From: a virus
Taxonomy: Duplodnaviria > Caudoviricetes
DNA: 64,000 nucleotides
Direction: 5' to 3' (one strand)
IMG/VR virus record: IMGVR_UViG_3300021400_000252
Both the position numbers and the translations under genes were made by a program. Below the pieces are notes generated by a model. The model saw nothing but the letters and a program-made list of their open reading frames with translations. It was not told the DNA's origin and did no database searches. Position 1 is the stretch's first letter. Every line of letters starts with the position of its first letter. Positions 20,005 through 31,195 of the stretch are shown one piece after another.

Positions 20005-20059
20005 TCTGTATAAGCGTATTAACTTATTCCTTTCATAAATACGCTTATACAGATTTTTT
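20004..20059 (+). terminator. 17-bp perfect hairpin plus T-run; terminator or regulatory RNA structure
   Basis: ATCTGTATAAGCGTATT (20004-20020) pairs with AATACGCTTATACAGAT (20038-20054). Confidence 0.7.
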
Positions 20060-20088
20060 AATCTTAAAAATTGATTAGGAGAATTATA

Positions 20089-21975
20089 ATGGCAGAACGT
20101 AAAAAGAAAAAATATTCTAATTGTACATATACTACTGGAAATTTATCTTTAAATATGAACCAATTTAATAAAGATGCTGTACTTCCAGATGATGATTCAA
20201 ATAAAGAAGTAAATGTAGATACAACAACACCTACAACTACTAGTGAAACAACTACTACTCCATCAACTGGTGATGGTGGAAACGGTGGAATGGCTGAAGG
20301 ATTAAATGAAGCAACTGCATATAGTAATGCAGTACATGTTCAAGGTGACTTTGAAATTCCAGATGAAGTAAAGATTCTTGATCAGAAGCAAATTGAAGAT
20401 GCTTTAATTGGATTGGAAATCGAAGAAGAATTTAAAGTTGGTTATGTTAGACCATTATATTTATATAAAGAATTAGTTGATTTATTTAAAATTGTAAAAA
20501 CAACAGAATTAGTTGGATATACTGGAATAGATTATATTGAAGCAAGAGCTGACTTAGATAATAATAGAGATGCTAGATTAGCGGTAGCTAAAAAAGTTGC
20601 TCAATTAGATAATGACAAAGGTACACATCTAGATTATCAACCAGGTGCTAATAGAGAAGGTGACTTCTCAGCTGATTATTATTCAGTTGGTAAATTAGTT
20701 CAAAGAGATGATAAAGTTAATAAAACTACTGATTTTAGAACAATTTTATTCTATCCAACAATTGGAAGTAAACCAAGAGTTTGTTATTGGTTTAAATTAA
20801 CTATTAAAGGACAAGAATGGCCAAACTTTAAACAAATTGGTAGAGATCAATTAGTTCAATTAGTTCTTTCTACTGCTGAAAAACTAGATAAAAAATCTAA
20901 TCGTTGGAATATGGAAAAATTAAAACGTAAAGTTTTAGATGAAATTGCTAAAGACGAACAAACTATTTCTGCTGTTGAGTTTGATCAAGAAGATAATTTA
21001 GAAACTCGTTCTAAATTAGATAAAGGTGGAGTTATTGCTAAACCTAGAGTAAGAGCGTTATATTCAAATCAAATTTATTATTTATCAACTAAGAATGTTA
21101 CATATGGTGCTCCTGTTGTTAAGTATATTAAAGAAGATCTAGATCAAGATTTAGAAGAAAAACGTGAAACTAAGAGATATTATATTAGACCTCAAAATAT
21201 TTTCTGTGCAAATAAAAAAGACGTATTAAAAGCTTTAATAGATGTAGCTGATGCTGGTGAGAACTGTACTGTGTATACTTTAAAGAACTTAGATGACCAT
21301 GATGATGTACAAAAATTAAGTAATGATGATATTATTTATACGTACGATGAGCATGCACTAAGAGATAAAAATGGTGTATTAGTAATGGATTATGACTTAT
21401 TCATTAAACATGAAGAAGAACGTCCTAAATTAGGAAAATCACCAGATCAAATTACAAAGTCAGAATTCGATCAAAATTATGACGATAGAATGACTCAAAA
21501 CACATTCGTTGAATCAAAGGAAGATAATATGGAAGATTTAGTTGGAAAGAAAGTTACAATAATTTCAATTGATCCAAACGATCCAGCTGCAGATGATTAT
21601 GCTGGTAAAGAAGGAACTATTACTGAAGTAGGTAAAGATCCTTGGGGCGATATTTATTATCGTGGAACATGGGGTGGCATTGCTCTATATCCAAATATAG
21701 ATAAGTTAAAGATTACAGAAGGATTTGAAGTAAAATATGAAGATCCATTTAATTTATCTTTTGATACTTATGAAGGTGATCGTAAATTATTTGAAGATGC
21801 AAATGAAGAACAAATCTGTTGTATTTGTGGTGAACCATATAAAGGTTATGGAAACAATGCAGAACCATATAAACATGGATATTGCTGTGATGAATGTAAT
21901 TTAAAATTTGTTATTCCAGCAAGAATGCAAGGATTAAATAGTTATTACGATAAAAAAGATGAAGATGAAGAATAA
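20089..21975 (+). CDS. Multidomain protein with an SH3-like (DUF4314-like) domain and a C-terminal zinc finger
   Basis: VGKKVTIISIDPNDP...GKEGTITEV...GTWGGIAL and CCICG...GNNAEP...CCDECN. Domains are separated by LNE, LEE, FVE, ITE and LFE sites. Confidence 0.7.
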   Translation: MAERKKKKYSNCTYTTGNLSLNMNQFNKDAVLPDDDSNKEVNVDTTTPTTTSETTTTPSTGDGGNGGMAEGLNEATAYSNAVHVQGDFEIPDEVKILDQKQIEDALIGLEIEEEFKVGYVRPLYLYKELVDLFKIVKTTELVGYTGIDYIEARADLDNNRDARLAVAKKVAQLDNDKGTHLDYQPGANREGDFSADYYSVGKLVQRDDKVNKTTDFRTILFYPTIGSKPRVCYWFKLTIKGQEWPNFKQIGRDQLVQLVLSTAEKLDKKSNRWNMEKLKRKVLDEIAKDEQTISAVEFDQEDNLETRSKLDKGGVIAKPRVRALYSNQIYYLSTKNVTYGAPVVKYIKEDLDQDLEEKRETKRYYIRPQNIFCANKKDVLKALIDVADAGENCTVYTLKNLDDHDDVQKLSNDDIIYTYDEHALRDKNGVLVMDYDLFIKHEEERPKLGKSPDQITKSEFDQNYDDRMTQNTFVESKEDNMEDLVGKKVTIISIDPNDPAADDYAGKEGTITEVGKDPWGDIYYRGTWGGIALYPNIDKLKITEGFEVKYEDPFNLSFDTYEGDRKLFEDANEEQICCICGEPYKGYGNNAEPYKHGYCCDECNLKFVIPARMQGLNSYYDKKDEDEE

Positions 21976-21999
21976 TTAACAAATATTTAGGAGTGCATT

Positions 22000-23358
22000 A
22001 TGGATATTTTCAGAAATTTATTTGAAGAGCTCGCTCCAGAAGATAATATCGAGAAAATTAAAAAAGAAATATTAAAATTAAAAACTCCAACTGCAGAAAA
22101 AACTTCTAACTATGTTTTATATGATGAAGATTCTATTAAATATTATAAAGAAAAAGGTGAGCCAGGAACTGTAGACCACGAAACTGAGCGCTATGTATTT
22201 AGACTTGGTGGTGGTTTAAATGGCTGTGGTACTTGGTCTAATTATTTTAAAGATTTAAGTGTAATATTTAAAGAATTAGAAGAAAATACTGGTTGAGCTC
22301 CAGTTGCTACTGATTTTTCTTTAGATACTATTGATGATGTATTTGATGTTGAAATAACATTATTTAATCCAAAAGACCATGATGAATTAAATGATAAATT
22401 AAATGAAGATTTAATTTTTATTGACAAAAATAATGCTAAATCAAAATTATATGGATTAAGAAAACAAATTGAAACTACTCAAAATGATAGTGTAAAAGAA
22501 TCATTATTAAATTTATTTAATCTATATCTATATCAAATTAAATCTTTAATGTTTGATTATAAAGTAGATTTTAGTGAAGATGAATGGCAAGAAAATCGTA
22601 AATTCATGATGGATAACATGGATAACTTAGAAGGTAAATCTGATCAATTAGAAGAAGATATTGAAAAACATGAAGAGTTAAATCCAAAATTATTTAATGA
22701 AGATGAAAAATTAAAAGATGAAGTTTTAGATAAAATTAATTTAATTGTTGAATATTTTTTATCTGATCTAGAAGAAGATGGAATTAAAATCGATGTTGAA
22801 GATATTATCTTAGTTGGTTCTAACGTAAGTTATAATTATACTAAAGACTCAGATTTAGATATTCATATTATTGCTAATACAGATGATTTAGATTGTCCAG
22901 ACAATTTATATCCATTATTATATGGTGCTTATAAATCTTTATTTAATAGAAAGATGGATATTAGTTTCTATGGAATTCCAGTTGAAGTTTATGTTGAAAC
23001 AGATGATACTCCATTAAGAAGTAACGGTATTTATTCTGTAAAAGATAATGATTGGATTGTTCACCCGGTTCAAGCTAATATTCCTGATATAGATTTTGAT
23101 CAAGTTGAAGAATTAGTTAAACCTTATGAAGACAGATATAAAGAAATTCTTGAAAATCCATCTGTTGAAGAAATTGAACAACTAATTACTGATATCTATG
23201 AAGAACGTAAAAAAGGTATGAGTGATGAAAATGGTGAATATTCTTTAGAAAATTTATGTTTTAAAGAATTTAGAAACAGAGGTTATTTAGATAAATTAAA
23301 AGATTTAAAAAATGAAGTATTATCTAAAGAACTATCATTAGAAAATTTAGAAAACTAA
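22000..23358 (+). CDS. Pol-beta superfamily nucleotidyltransferase with N-terminal extension; one TGA-Trp at 22294
   Basis: Track ORFs 22000 and 22549 are in frame with no other stop. Motifs ILVGSNVSYNYTKDSDLDIH (hGS...DxD) and PVEVYVE. Confidence 0.8.
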
Positions 23359-23366
23359 TTAAAAAG

Positions 23367-23380
23367 TTGTATTATATTAT
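23367..23380 (+). promoter_or_regulatory. Class II promoter motif TTGTATTATATTAT
   Basis: Recurrent intergenic motif. Confidence 0.55.
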
Positions 23381-23407
23381 ATATTGATATAATTAGGAGA
23401 AATTTAA

Positions 23408-24043
23408 ATGATTTTAAATGAAAAGAAACAAAAACTTCCAGAGATTTTCCTATCTACATATATTTCAGATGCTTGGGATAGAATTGCTACATTAAAAGCT
23501 GATATTGATGGAATTAAAGCTGAATATTCTGATACAAAAGATGTCGAAGAGGTATTGAATGATTTAATTGATACTTATTTAATTCTAGTAGGTACTTTTG
23601 AAAATAAATTAAAATCTATTGGTTCAAATGTTGAAATTGTTAGAAAAGAACCTGAAGTAAAGAAGGTAAATGAAAGCGTTTTACAAAGAACACAAGTTCA
23701 AAGACCACAACCTGTTCAACCTCAAGTTCAACAAAGACCTGTAAATAGAAATCCTCAACCACAGGTTCAAAGAGTTCAACCTCAGCCTCAACAAACTAGA
23801 GCTCCTCAATTAGATGATGATTTATGGAGTGATGCAGTATTTGCTCCACAAAATCAACAAAGAATGAATGAGAGTTATAATCAACAAGCTGTAACTGCTG
23901 GTGGATTAGATAGTTATTATGATGCTCCAGTTCAATCTAATTCAGATACTTATGATGTTCCAGACTTCCCAGATTCAGATTTCGAGATGTCTCAAGAAGA
24001 ATTAATGGAATTAGAAAAGTTTAAAGCACAATACAGAAGATAA
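23408..24043 (+). CDS. Hypothetical protein with a Gln/Pro-rich region
   Basis: AGGAG RBS; LNE, VNES and MNES sites. Confidence 0.7.
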   Translation: MILNEKKQKLPEIFLSTYISDAWDRIATLKADIDGIKAEYSDTKDVEEVLNDLIDTYLILVGTFENKLKSIGSNVEIVRKEPEVKKVNESVLQRTQVQRPQPVQPQVQQRPVNRNPQPQVQRVQPQPQQTRAPQLDDDLWSDAVFAPQNQQRMNESYNQQAVTAGGLDSYYDAPVQSNSDTYDVPDFPDSDFEMSQEELMELEKFKAQYRR

Positions 24044-24068
24044 TAGCTCAGCTATTATCTTTTTTTTA
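24038..24068 (+). terminator. Intrinsic terminator
   Basis: AGATAATAGC-TCA-GCTATTATCT followed by a T-run. Confidence 0.75.
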
Positions 24069-24086
24069 TTTTTATGTTATCTTATT

Positions 24087-24095
24087 GCTAAATTA
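24087..24095 (+). promoter_or_regulatory. Putative late promoter GCTAAATTA
   Basis: TTGCTAAATTATCTGAT, intergenic. Confidence 0.7.
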
Positions 24096-24214
24096 TCTGA
24101 TCGATTAATATTTTATTACGTAAAAATGCGTTTTTTATCGTTTATATATGAATATTCAAATAAACATTAAAACGCTTCCTGAGCGTAAATTTTTGATGTC
24201 TAGTGGAGAATTAT

Positions 24215-25747
24215 ATGGCACTTATTCAGTTATATTCTTGGATAAATAATGAAGAAGATATTTTAAATTTAGATTTTACAACTACACATTTTACTTCTGA
24301 TTTAGATGCTGTCGATTATTTTCAAAAAAGAGACAATTTAAATATTCCTATCGGAAGTGCTTATGCATTTACATTAGATTTTAATATTAATCCATTAATT
24401 TTCTCTTCTGATTTATTTGATTGGTCAGCTAAAAATATTATTAATAAAATATTAAATAGCTATGGAATTAATTTAAATAATGATGAATTTCAAAATGCTA
24501 ATTGTGATATATTAAATGCACCTCAATTACAAAACGTTCAAATTGAACAATTAATTGATATGTATAAGTTAATTGATGCTTTCGATGTAAATGATAGTAA
24601 GAGAAATAAAGCTTGGTTCGAATATTTATCAATTTATTTAAATAAATTAGGAATTAATGCTATTCAATATTCTGTTGGTACTTCAGATTTTTATATTTTA
24701 TTAACAAAAAATCTTGAAATTATTGAATGTAAGAAAATTGAAATTCATAAAGATGGCGAAAGAGATTTATTTAAACAATTTTTCACCGAAGATACTAGAA
24801 TGCAATTAGTTTCAACTTCAAGAAATGCTGGTCCATATAAAAATCAAAAATACGGAAAAAATAGATTTGAAAGAAAGAAATTATCAAAAATTGCTAGAAC
24901 AGTAAAACAATATAATAAAATTGATATGAATCAATTATTTAAAAATGATGTTTTAGAAGTAGAAATTCCTGTAATTGGAGAATCAGATGAATATTTAGTT
25001 ACAGTTAGAATGGATGGAGTTATTGCTGAACTAGCAAAAATTTTAAAAAATAATAAATTCAAATTAGAATATAAAATTGTTGTTCAAGCATTAACTAAAA
25101 TTTTTAATAGTGCTGATTTACAAATAAATTGTACATGTCCAGATCATAAATACCATTTTTCACATTGGAATATTATAAGAGGTGTTTCTACTTTAGATTC
25201 AGCACATGACCCAGGACAAGGTAAAGGAATTGCAAATCCAAATGATGATCAAGGTCGTGGTTGTAAACACTCTTTATTAGTTTTAAATAATGGAGATTGA
25301 ATTTTAAAAGTTGCTTCAGTTATTAATAACTATATTCATTATATGTCAGAAAAGTCTCAAAAATTATTCTTAAAATTAATATTCCCTAAATTATATGGAA
25401 TTACTAGTGATGAAATGGTTGAACAAGATTTATTAGATAAAGAAACATTACAAGATTGTTTAGATTCAAACGAAAGCTTTATTGATGCTATTAATGAGTA
25501 TGGTAAAAATAGAGGTAAATTCCAAAAAGGTTCTAATATTAACCCTGTTTACGCTGATAAGCTTGAAGCTGAACAAAAAGAAGAAAATACTAAACAACAA
25601 GTTGATCCAAACAAAAAGAATTTACAAAAAGCTGTTAAAGAGACAGAAAGAGCTAATAAACTTGCTCAAAAAGAATCTGAAAAAGCTGATAAAGAAGCTT
25701 CAAAACCTATTGAACCTCCTAAAGAAGATGAAGAACAACCAGTATAG
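24215..25747 (+). CDS. SWIM zinc-finger protein with a possible degenerate ADP-ribosyltransferase-like N-domain; one TGA-Trp at 25298
   Basis: CTCPD...GCKH (SWIM). The frame continues through TGA into track ORF 25343. Confidence 0.75.
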
Positions 25748-25753
25748 TTAATA

Positions 25754-25765
25754 TTGTATTATATA
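25754..25765 (+). promoter_or_regulatory. Class II promoter motif TTGTATTATATA
   Basis: Recurrent motif, here upstream of the terminase. Confidence 0.55.
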
Positions 25766-25799
25766 TATAATATATAATATATCCAGATTGGAGAATATT

Positions 25800-27914
25800 A
25801 TGAATTTTGATCAAGAAAAATTTAATAAACTCTCAACTGAAGAACAAAAAGTCGTTTTACAAATTTTAAAAGAATATTCTAAAACTGGAAAATCTGAACT
25901 TTTAGATTCATTACAATCTATGGAATGGGACGAATTTCCAGTAGATATTCATACATTCTTACATGACAAACGATATTTAGGAAATGCATTATATGATGCT
26001 GAAGGTAAGTTTACAGTATTCCCATACTGAGAAAAATGTTTAGAAGATATATTTCCAACTAATACTTCAACAAAATATAATACTATAGTATTTACAGGAG
26101 CTATCGGTTTAGGTAAATCAACTATAGCAGTTATTTGTTTATTATATTTATTATATAGATTACTTTGTTTAAGAGATCCATATCAATATTATGGAATGCA
26201 AAGTATTGATAAATTAAGTATTTCAATGATGAATATTACATTAGAAAATGCTAGAGGTGTTGCATTAGATAAAATGAATTCAATGCTTTTAGCTAGTGAA
26301 TGGTTTATGAGTCATGGTGAAATGCATGGTACAACTAATATGAGATATGTTACTGATAAACATATTGAAATTATTTGTGCTTCAAGTAATAATCAGATCA
26401 TAGGTCGTGCTTTGTTTGCTAACTTTACAGATGAAGTTAACTTCTCTCTTGTTCAAGACCCAGTTAAGTCTAAGAAGAGAATGATGAAAATTATTACTCA
26501 AGTAGATGCTCGTATGAAATCACGTTTCATGCGTGGTACCTACTTACCTACATTAAATATTATCGCATCTTCAAAAGATAGTGAACAATCTTTCCTAGAA
26601 GAATTTATTCAAAATAAACAAAAGAATGAAAGTAAAAATACTTTAATTGTAGATGAACCTCAATGGGTAGTTGACCCAAGAAAAGATTCACCTCAAAAAT
26701 TCTGGGTAGCTATTGGAGATAAAGTTCTTGCTAACGAATTATTACCATTAGATGCAACTCCAGAATTAGTTGATGAATATAGAAATAAAAATTATACAAT
26801 GTGACAAGTTCCAATTGGATACTTAGATACATTCCAATTAAACCTTGATGAAGCAATTTGTTCTATAATTGGTATTGCAACAGCAGCATCTTTAAAATAT
26901 ATTTCAGGTGAAAGATTAGTTAAAACAAAAACTACTGATTATGAAAATCCATTCCTGAATGATATACTTGAAATTGGAGATGGAGAAGATGATTTACATC
27001 AATATTCAGAATACTTTGATTTAAGTAGAGTTAGTGATAAAGACAAAGAAAAACCATTATTTATTCACTTAGACTTATCTGAGTCTGGAGACATGACTGG
27101 TATTGCAGGCGTATGAATAACTGGTAGAGATGAATCATTTGATAAATCTAAAATGATTGAAAATGATTTTAGTCAATTATCAAAATTAATTTTACAAGAA
27201 TCTAGTGTAGAATCTCAGATGTTAATTTATAAATTAGCTTTCTCTGTTTCAATTAAAAATCCTAGAGGCGCACATATTAGTTCAATAAAGCATAGAATAT
27301 TTATAAATTGGTTAAAAGATAATGGATTTGATATTAAAATGATTACATCAGATACTCACCAATCTGCTACTCTTTTACAAGAATTAAAAGCTGATGGATT
27401 TGAAACAGAAGTATTATCAGTAGATAGAACAACATCACTAGAAAATAAAAAGAAAGTTTGTTTACCTTATCACTATTTTAAAACAGCAATTTATGAACGC
27501 CGTTTCATAATGTATGACAAAGCTAAACTATTAACTGAAGAGTTATTAGGATTGGAACGTGAAGCTGATGGACACATCAACCACCCTGAAAATGGTAAAT
27601 ATGGTTCTAAGGACCAAGCCGATGCAGTCTGTGGTGCAGTATGAACAGCTAGTAAAAATGGTGAAAAATATTCATTTGATTTTGGTGATTCAATTGAAAC
27701 AACTGTTCAAATTTCAAAACCAAGTAATACAAGTCAAAATGAGATTGAAAAACATGATTTTGGAAAAAATCTATTAAATGTAATGTCTAAAGAAAAATAT
27801 ATTGAAGTTGATGAATATGGTAATCCAAAATATTATGGAGACCTAGATGATACTGCAATAGATGATGATGCTATAAATTCAATAGCAATTTCTAATGGAA
27901 TAATTTGTATATAA
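25800..27914 (+). CDS. terL: Terminase large subunit (704 aa); four TGA-Trp codons at 26028, 26802, 27114 and 27642
   Basis: Walker A TGAIGLGKS lies in a gap of the track. Also Walker B FTDEVN, coupling motif IIASS, nuclease HLDLS..GD and SKDQADAV. Directly upstream of the portal. Confidence 0.93.
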
Positions 27915-27930
27915 TAATTAGGAGAATAAA

Positions 27931-29994
27931 ATGCCAGAAAATGATAACAAAACTAAAAAAATTAAAAAACAAGCATCTCAATTAGTAGGAACACTAATTC
28001 AAGCGACTCCTAATAATAACGATAATACTCGATTAGATGTAGATTTAAATAAAACGTTAGAAGACATTTTAATTTTAGGTGGATTAGAGGATAGAGTAAA
28101 TTTCTCAGAACTTGAAAAGTTTACACAAATTTCAAATTCAAGAGACTATATGTATAGTCAATTAGACACAATGTTCCAAGATGCATCAGTTTCGGCTATT
28201 GCAAGAATTTTAACTGAAAATGTTTGTGAAGTTGGAGATAATGGTCATATTGTTTGAGCTGAGTCTGATGATCCAAAAATTAGTAAATTCGTAAATTATG
28301 TATTAAATACTATGAATGTAGATAAAAATATTTTTGGATGGGCATTTAATCTTGTTAAATACGGTGATATCTATTTAAAAAATTTAAGAAATTCAGACTT
28401 TACAAATACAATTTTTAATTCACAAAGTATTCAAAATATGTATAGTGCTAAATCTCATTTAAACGAAACTATTCAATTAGATTTAAAGAATGCTAATGAT
28501 GAATTCTGTTGGAGATTAAAATTAGTTCCAGATCCTGCTACTATGTTTGAATTAAATCAAAATGATATTACTTTTGGATATGTTGAAACTCCAAATGATA
28601 TTACTCAATTAGCTAATCAAGATGCATATGCAGCTAATACTGGTTTAAATTCTAATGCATTAAATGGTGGTGGATCATTTAATTATAAAGTTAAATCAAA
28701 TGATATTATACTTCATGATGCTGAAGATTATATTCATATTTATTTATCAGATGGTCAATCAAGATTCCCAGAGACTATCGATTTAATAATGGAACCTGAC
28801 ATTAAAGATAAGAATGCTAAGAATCGTTCAAATTTAAAATCAACAACTTATGCTTTTGATGTTATTAGAGGAAAATCATTATTCTATGATGTTTATAAGA
28901 TTTGGAGAGAAAAAACTCTTATTGAATCCGCATTATTACTTGCAAGATTAACTCGTTCATCAGTATTTAGAATTGTTTCTATTGAAACAGCTAATATGGA
29001 TAGAACTAAAGCTAATCAATTACTACACCAAGTAAAAGATATGTTTGAACAAAAACGTGCTTTCTTAAGTGGTAAAAATGCTTCAGATTATAATAGCCCA
29101 GGTCCAATCGAAAACTGGATTTATAATAATACTAAGAATGGTAAAGGTGCTATCACAGTTGATACTGTAGGTGGAGATTATGATCCAAAGAATTTAACTG
29201 ACTTAGATAAATGGAACGATAGATTCTACGGTGCATTTGGTATTCCTAAACAATATTTCGGATTAACCGAAGATGGTGCTGGATTTAATGGTGGTACTGC
29301 ATTAACTATTACTTCAACAATTTTCCAAAAGAAAGTTTCTCAAGTTCAAAATGCTTTAATTCAAGGAATTAATACTGCAGTAGATTTATATTGTATTAAA
29401 AAAGGTTTAAAATCTTACGTACATAGATACACTATTAAGATGAGACCTCCAGTTTCTCAAGAAGAACTTAATTATAGAGAAAAATTAACAAATCGTTTAA
29501 ATGCTGTATCAACTGCTAATGCTTTATTCCAAGATGTTGAAACAAAGAGTAGTAGATTAATTATCTTAAAGAATTTATATAAGATGGTTGATTATGGTGA
29601 AGATGAAATTCTTCAAGTACTAGATGAAGAAATTAAATTAGCAAAAGCTGCTGAAGCTGAAGCTAAGAAACAAAAAGAAGAGGAAGCTAAACAAGCTGCT
29701 TTAGATGCTGCTAATGGTGAAGCTGCTAATGCCGAGCCAGCAAATGTTCCTGGTGGTACTGGTGAGACAGGTGGAGCTAATGAAGCATCAGCTCCTGAAG
29801 GTGAAACAGCTAGTGAAGGTGATGATTTAAATCTAGACTTAAATCTTACTGATTTACCAACAGCTGAATCTTTCAATAATACTAACCCAGATGCAGTAAC
29901 ATTAAATGAGGATGTTGACTTTCTAGATGAATCAGAAGATCTTCCAACTCCAGAAGAATTAGATGATAAAGTAGATTTTACTAAAAATAAATAA
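27931..29994 (+). CDS. Portal protein (T4 gp20-like); one TGA-Trp at 28255
   Basis: LVKYGDIYL, LLARLTRS..RI..I, TVGGD and FYGAFGIPKQY; located between terL and the protease. Confidence 0.9.
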
Positions 29995-30017
29995 TTAATA
30001 TTTGAAAGGAATTAAAT

Positions 30018-30488
30018 ATGTTATCTAAAAATGATTGCATGAATTTATTATTAGAGCTAGAAGATAAAGGTAAAGAAGTAAATTCATATATTAGAAGATT
30101 AATGTTATCTAAAGATGTACCATTAGAAGTATTAAAATTTATTGTAGAAAACCAAGGCATGAATGCTGCAAACTTCTATGAGGTTCTTAGACAAAAACAT
30201 AATAAATCAAAATCTCAATTATATGTAAATCTTGTAAATGAAGAATTAGATGATTCTGAAATATTAATAGTTTTATCTAGCTTATTGACTCAAATTTTCT
30301 TATATAAAAATAAGAATGAAAACGTTTCAGATATTTTCTTTAATGAAGTTCGTTTAAATGAAATATTACAAGCTTTGGAAAATTTTAGACAAACTGGCAA
30401 TTTAGATTTATGTAAAAAATTATTAAGATTAGTTCGATCAGACTTATTAGTTTTAGAATATATAAGTGGTAGAAGAGAATTATCTTAA
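30018..30488 (+). CDS. Hypothetical protein
   Basis: ORF with a GAAAGGA RBS. Confidence 0.7.
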   Translation: MLSKNDCMNLLLELEDKGKEVNSYIRRLMLSKDVPLEVLKFIVENQGMNAANFYEVLRQKHNKSKSQLYVNLVNEELDDSEILIVLSSLLTQIFLYKNKNENVSDIFFNEVRLNEILQALENFRQTGNLDLCKKLLRLVRSDLLVLEYISGRRELS

Positions 30489-30513
30489 AAATATTTAAAA
30501 TAGTTAAACATTT

Positions 30514-30540
30514 AAAAGGTGAATTAATTCACCTTTTTTT
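30514..30540 (+). terminator. Intrinsic terminator
   Basis: AAAAGGTGAAT/ATTCACCTTTT followed by a T-run. Confidence 0.7.
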
Positions 30541-30560
30541 ATTTTTATTTTATAAAATCT

Positions 30561-30569
30561 GCTAAATTA
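30561..30569 (+). promoter_or_regulatory. Putative late promoter GCTAAATTA
   Basis: CTGCTAAATTAAATGAT, intergenic. Confidence 0.7.
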
Positions 30570-30629
30570 AATGATTTAGATTTTTAAATCTTTTTCAACT
30601 TCTCAAATTAACAATTAAGGAGATATTAA

Positions 30630-31115
30630 ATGAAATTAGAGAATGGTTATAAAAAAGTATATACTGTTAATGAAGACGGTGTAAGAACTTTACATGCTAC
30701 TAAAGATGTTTTAAATCCAGCTGCTGATGAAACTATCATTGATAAAGCAAAAGCTCAAACATTAAAAACTGCTAACTTCTATCAAGATGGTGATGCAATT
30801 AGATATGTACTAGGTGCAAATAGAGCTATTGATCGTAAAGTTGATCCAGAGTTAACAGAAGTTAGAAAGTTATTCGTTGCAGTCCATGTTCATGAATATG
30901 AAAATCTTGAAGCTCGTTGGAATGAAGAAACACATGTTTGTACTTTTGATTTAAAGTGTAAGACTTGTGATGATACAAAGAGTATTCCTCAAGCAGGTGT
31001 TTTAGTTGAAGGTGAATATGTTGCAACATTAAAATTAGAGAATGGTCAAACATTTACTTCTAGAATTGCAGTTCCAGCACAAGAAACACCAGTTGCAGAA
31101 CCTGCAGGTAATTAA
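30630..31115 (+). CDS. Probable virion protein (possible head decoration)
   Basis: Own late promoter and strong RBS within the head module; HVH...CKTC motif. Confidence 0.55.
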   Translation: MKLENGYKKVYTVNEDGVRTLHATKDVLNPAADETIIDKAKAQTLKTANFYQDGDAIRYVLGANRAIDRKVDPELTEVRKLFVAVHVHEYENLEARWNEETHVCTFDLKCKTCDDTKSIPQAGVLVEGEYVATLKLENGQTFTSRIAVPAQETPVAEPAGN

Positions 31116-31143
31116 TTTTTAAAATAGTAACTAAGAATTATTT

Positions 31144-31152
31144 GCTAAATTA
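31144..31152 (+). promoter_or_regulatory. Putative late promoter GCTAAATTA
   Basis: TTTGCTAAATTATTTGTA, upstream of the protease and capsid genes. Confidence 0.75.
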
Positions 31153-31195
31153 TTTGTAATCAAATTGATTAATGATATGTAATGGAGGTAAGTTC

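Noticed and set aside
26031-27152. Introns or inteins in terL explaining the ORF gaps
   Set aside because: The gaps are in frame and encode required motifs (Walker A, nuclease Asp). No intein or homing endonuclease signature is present.
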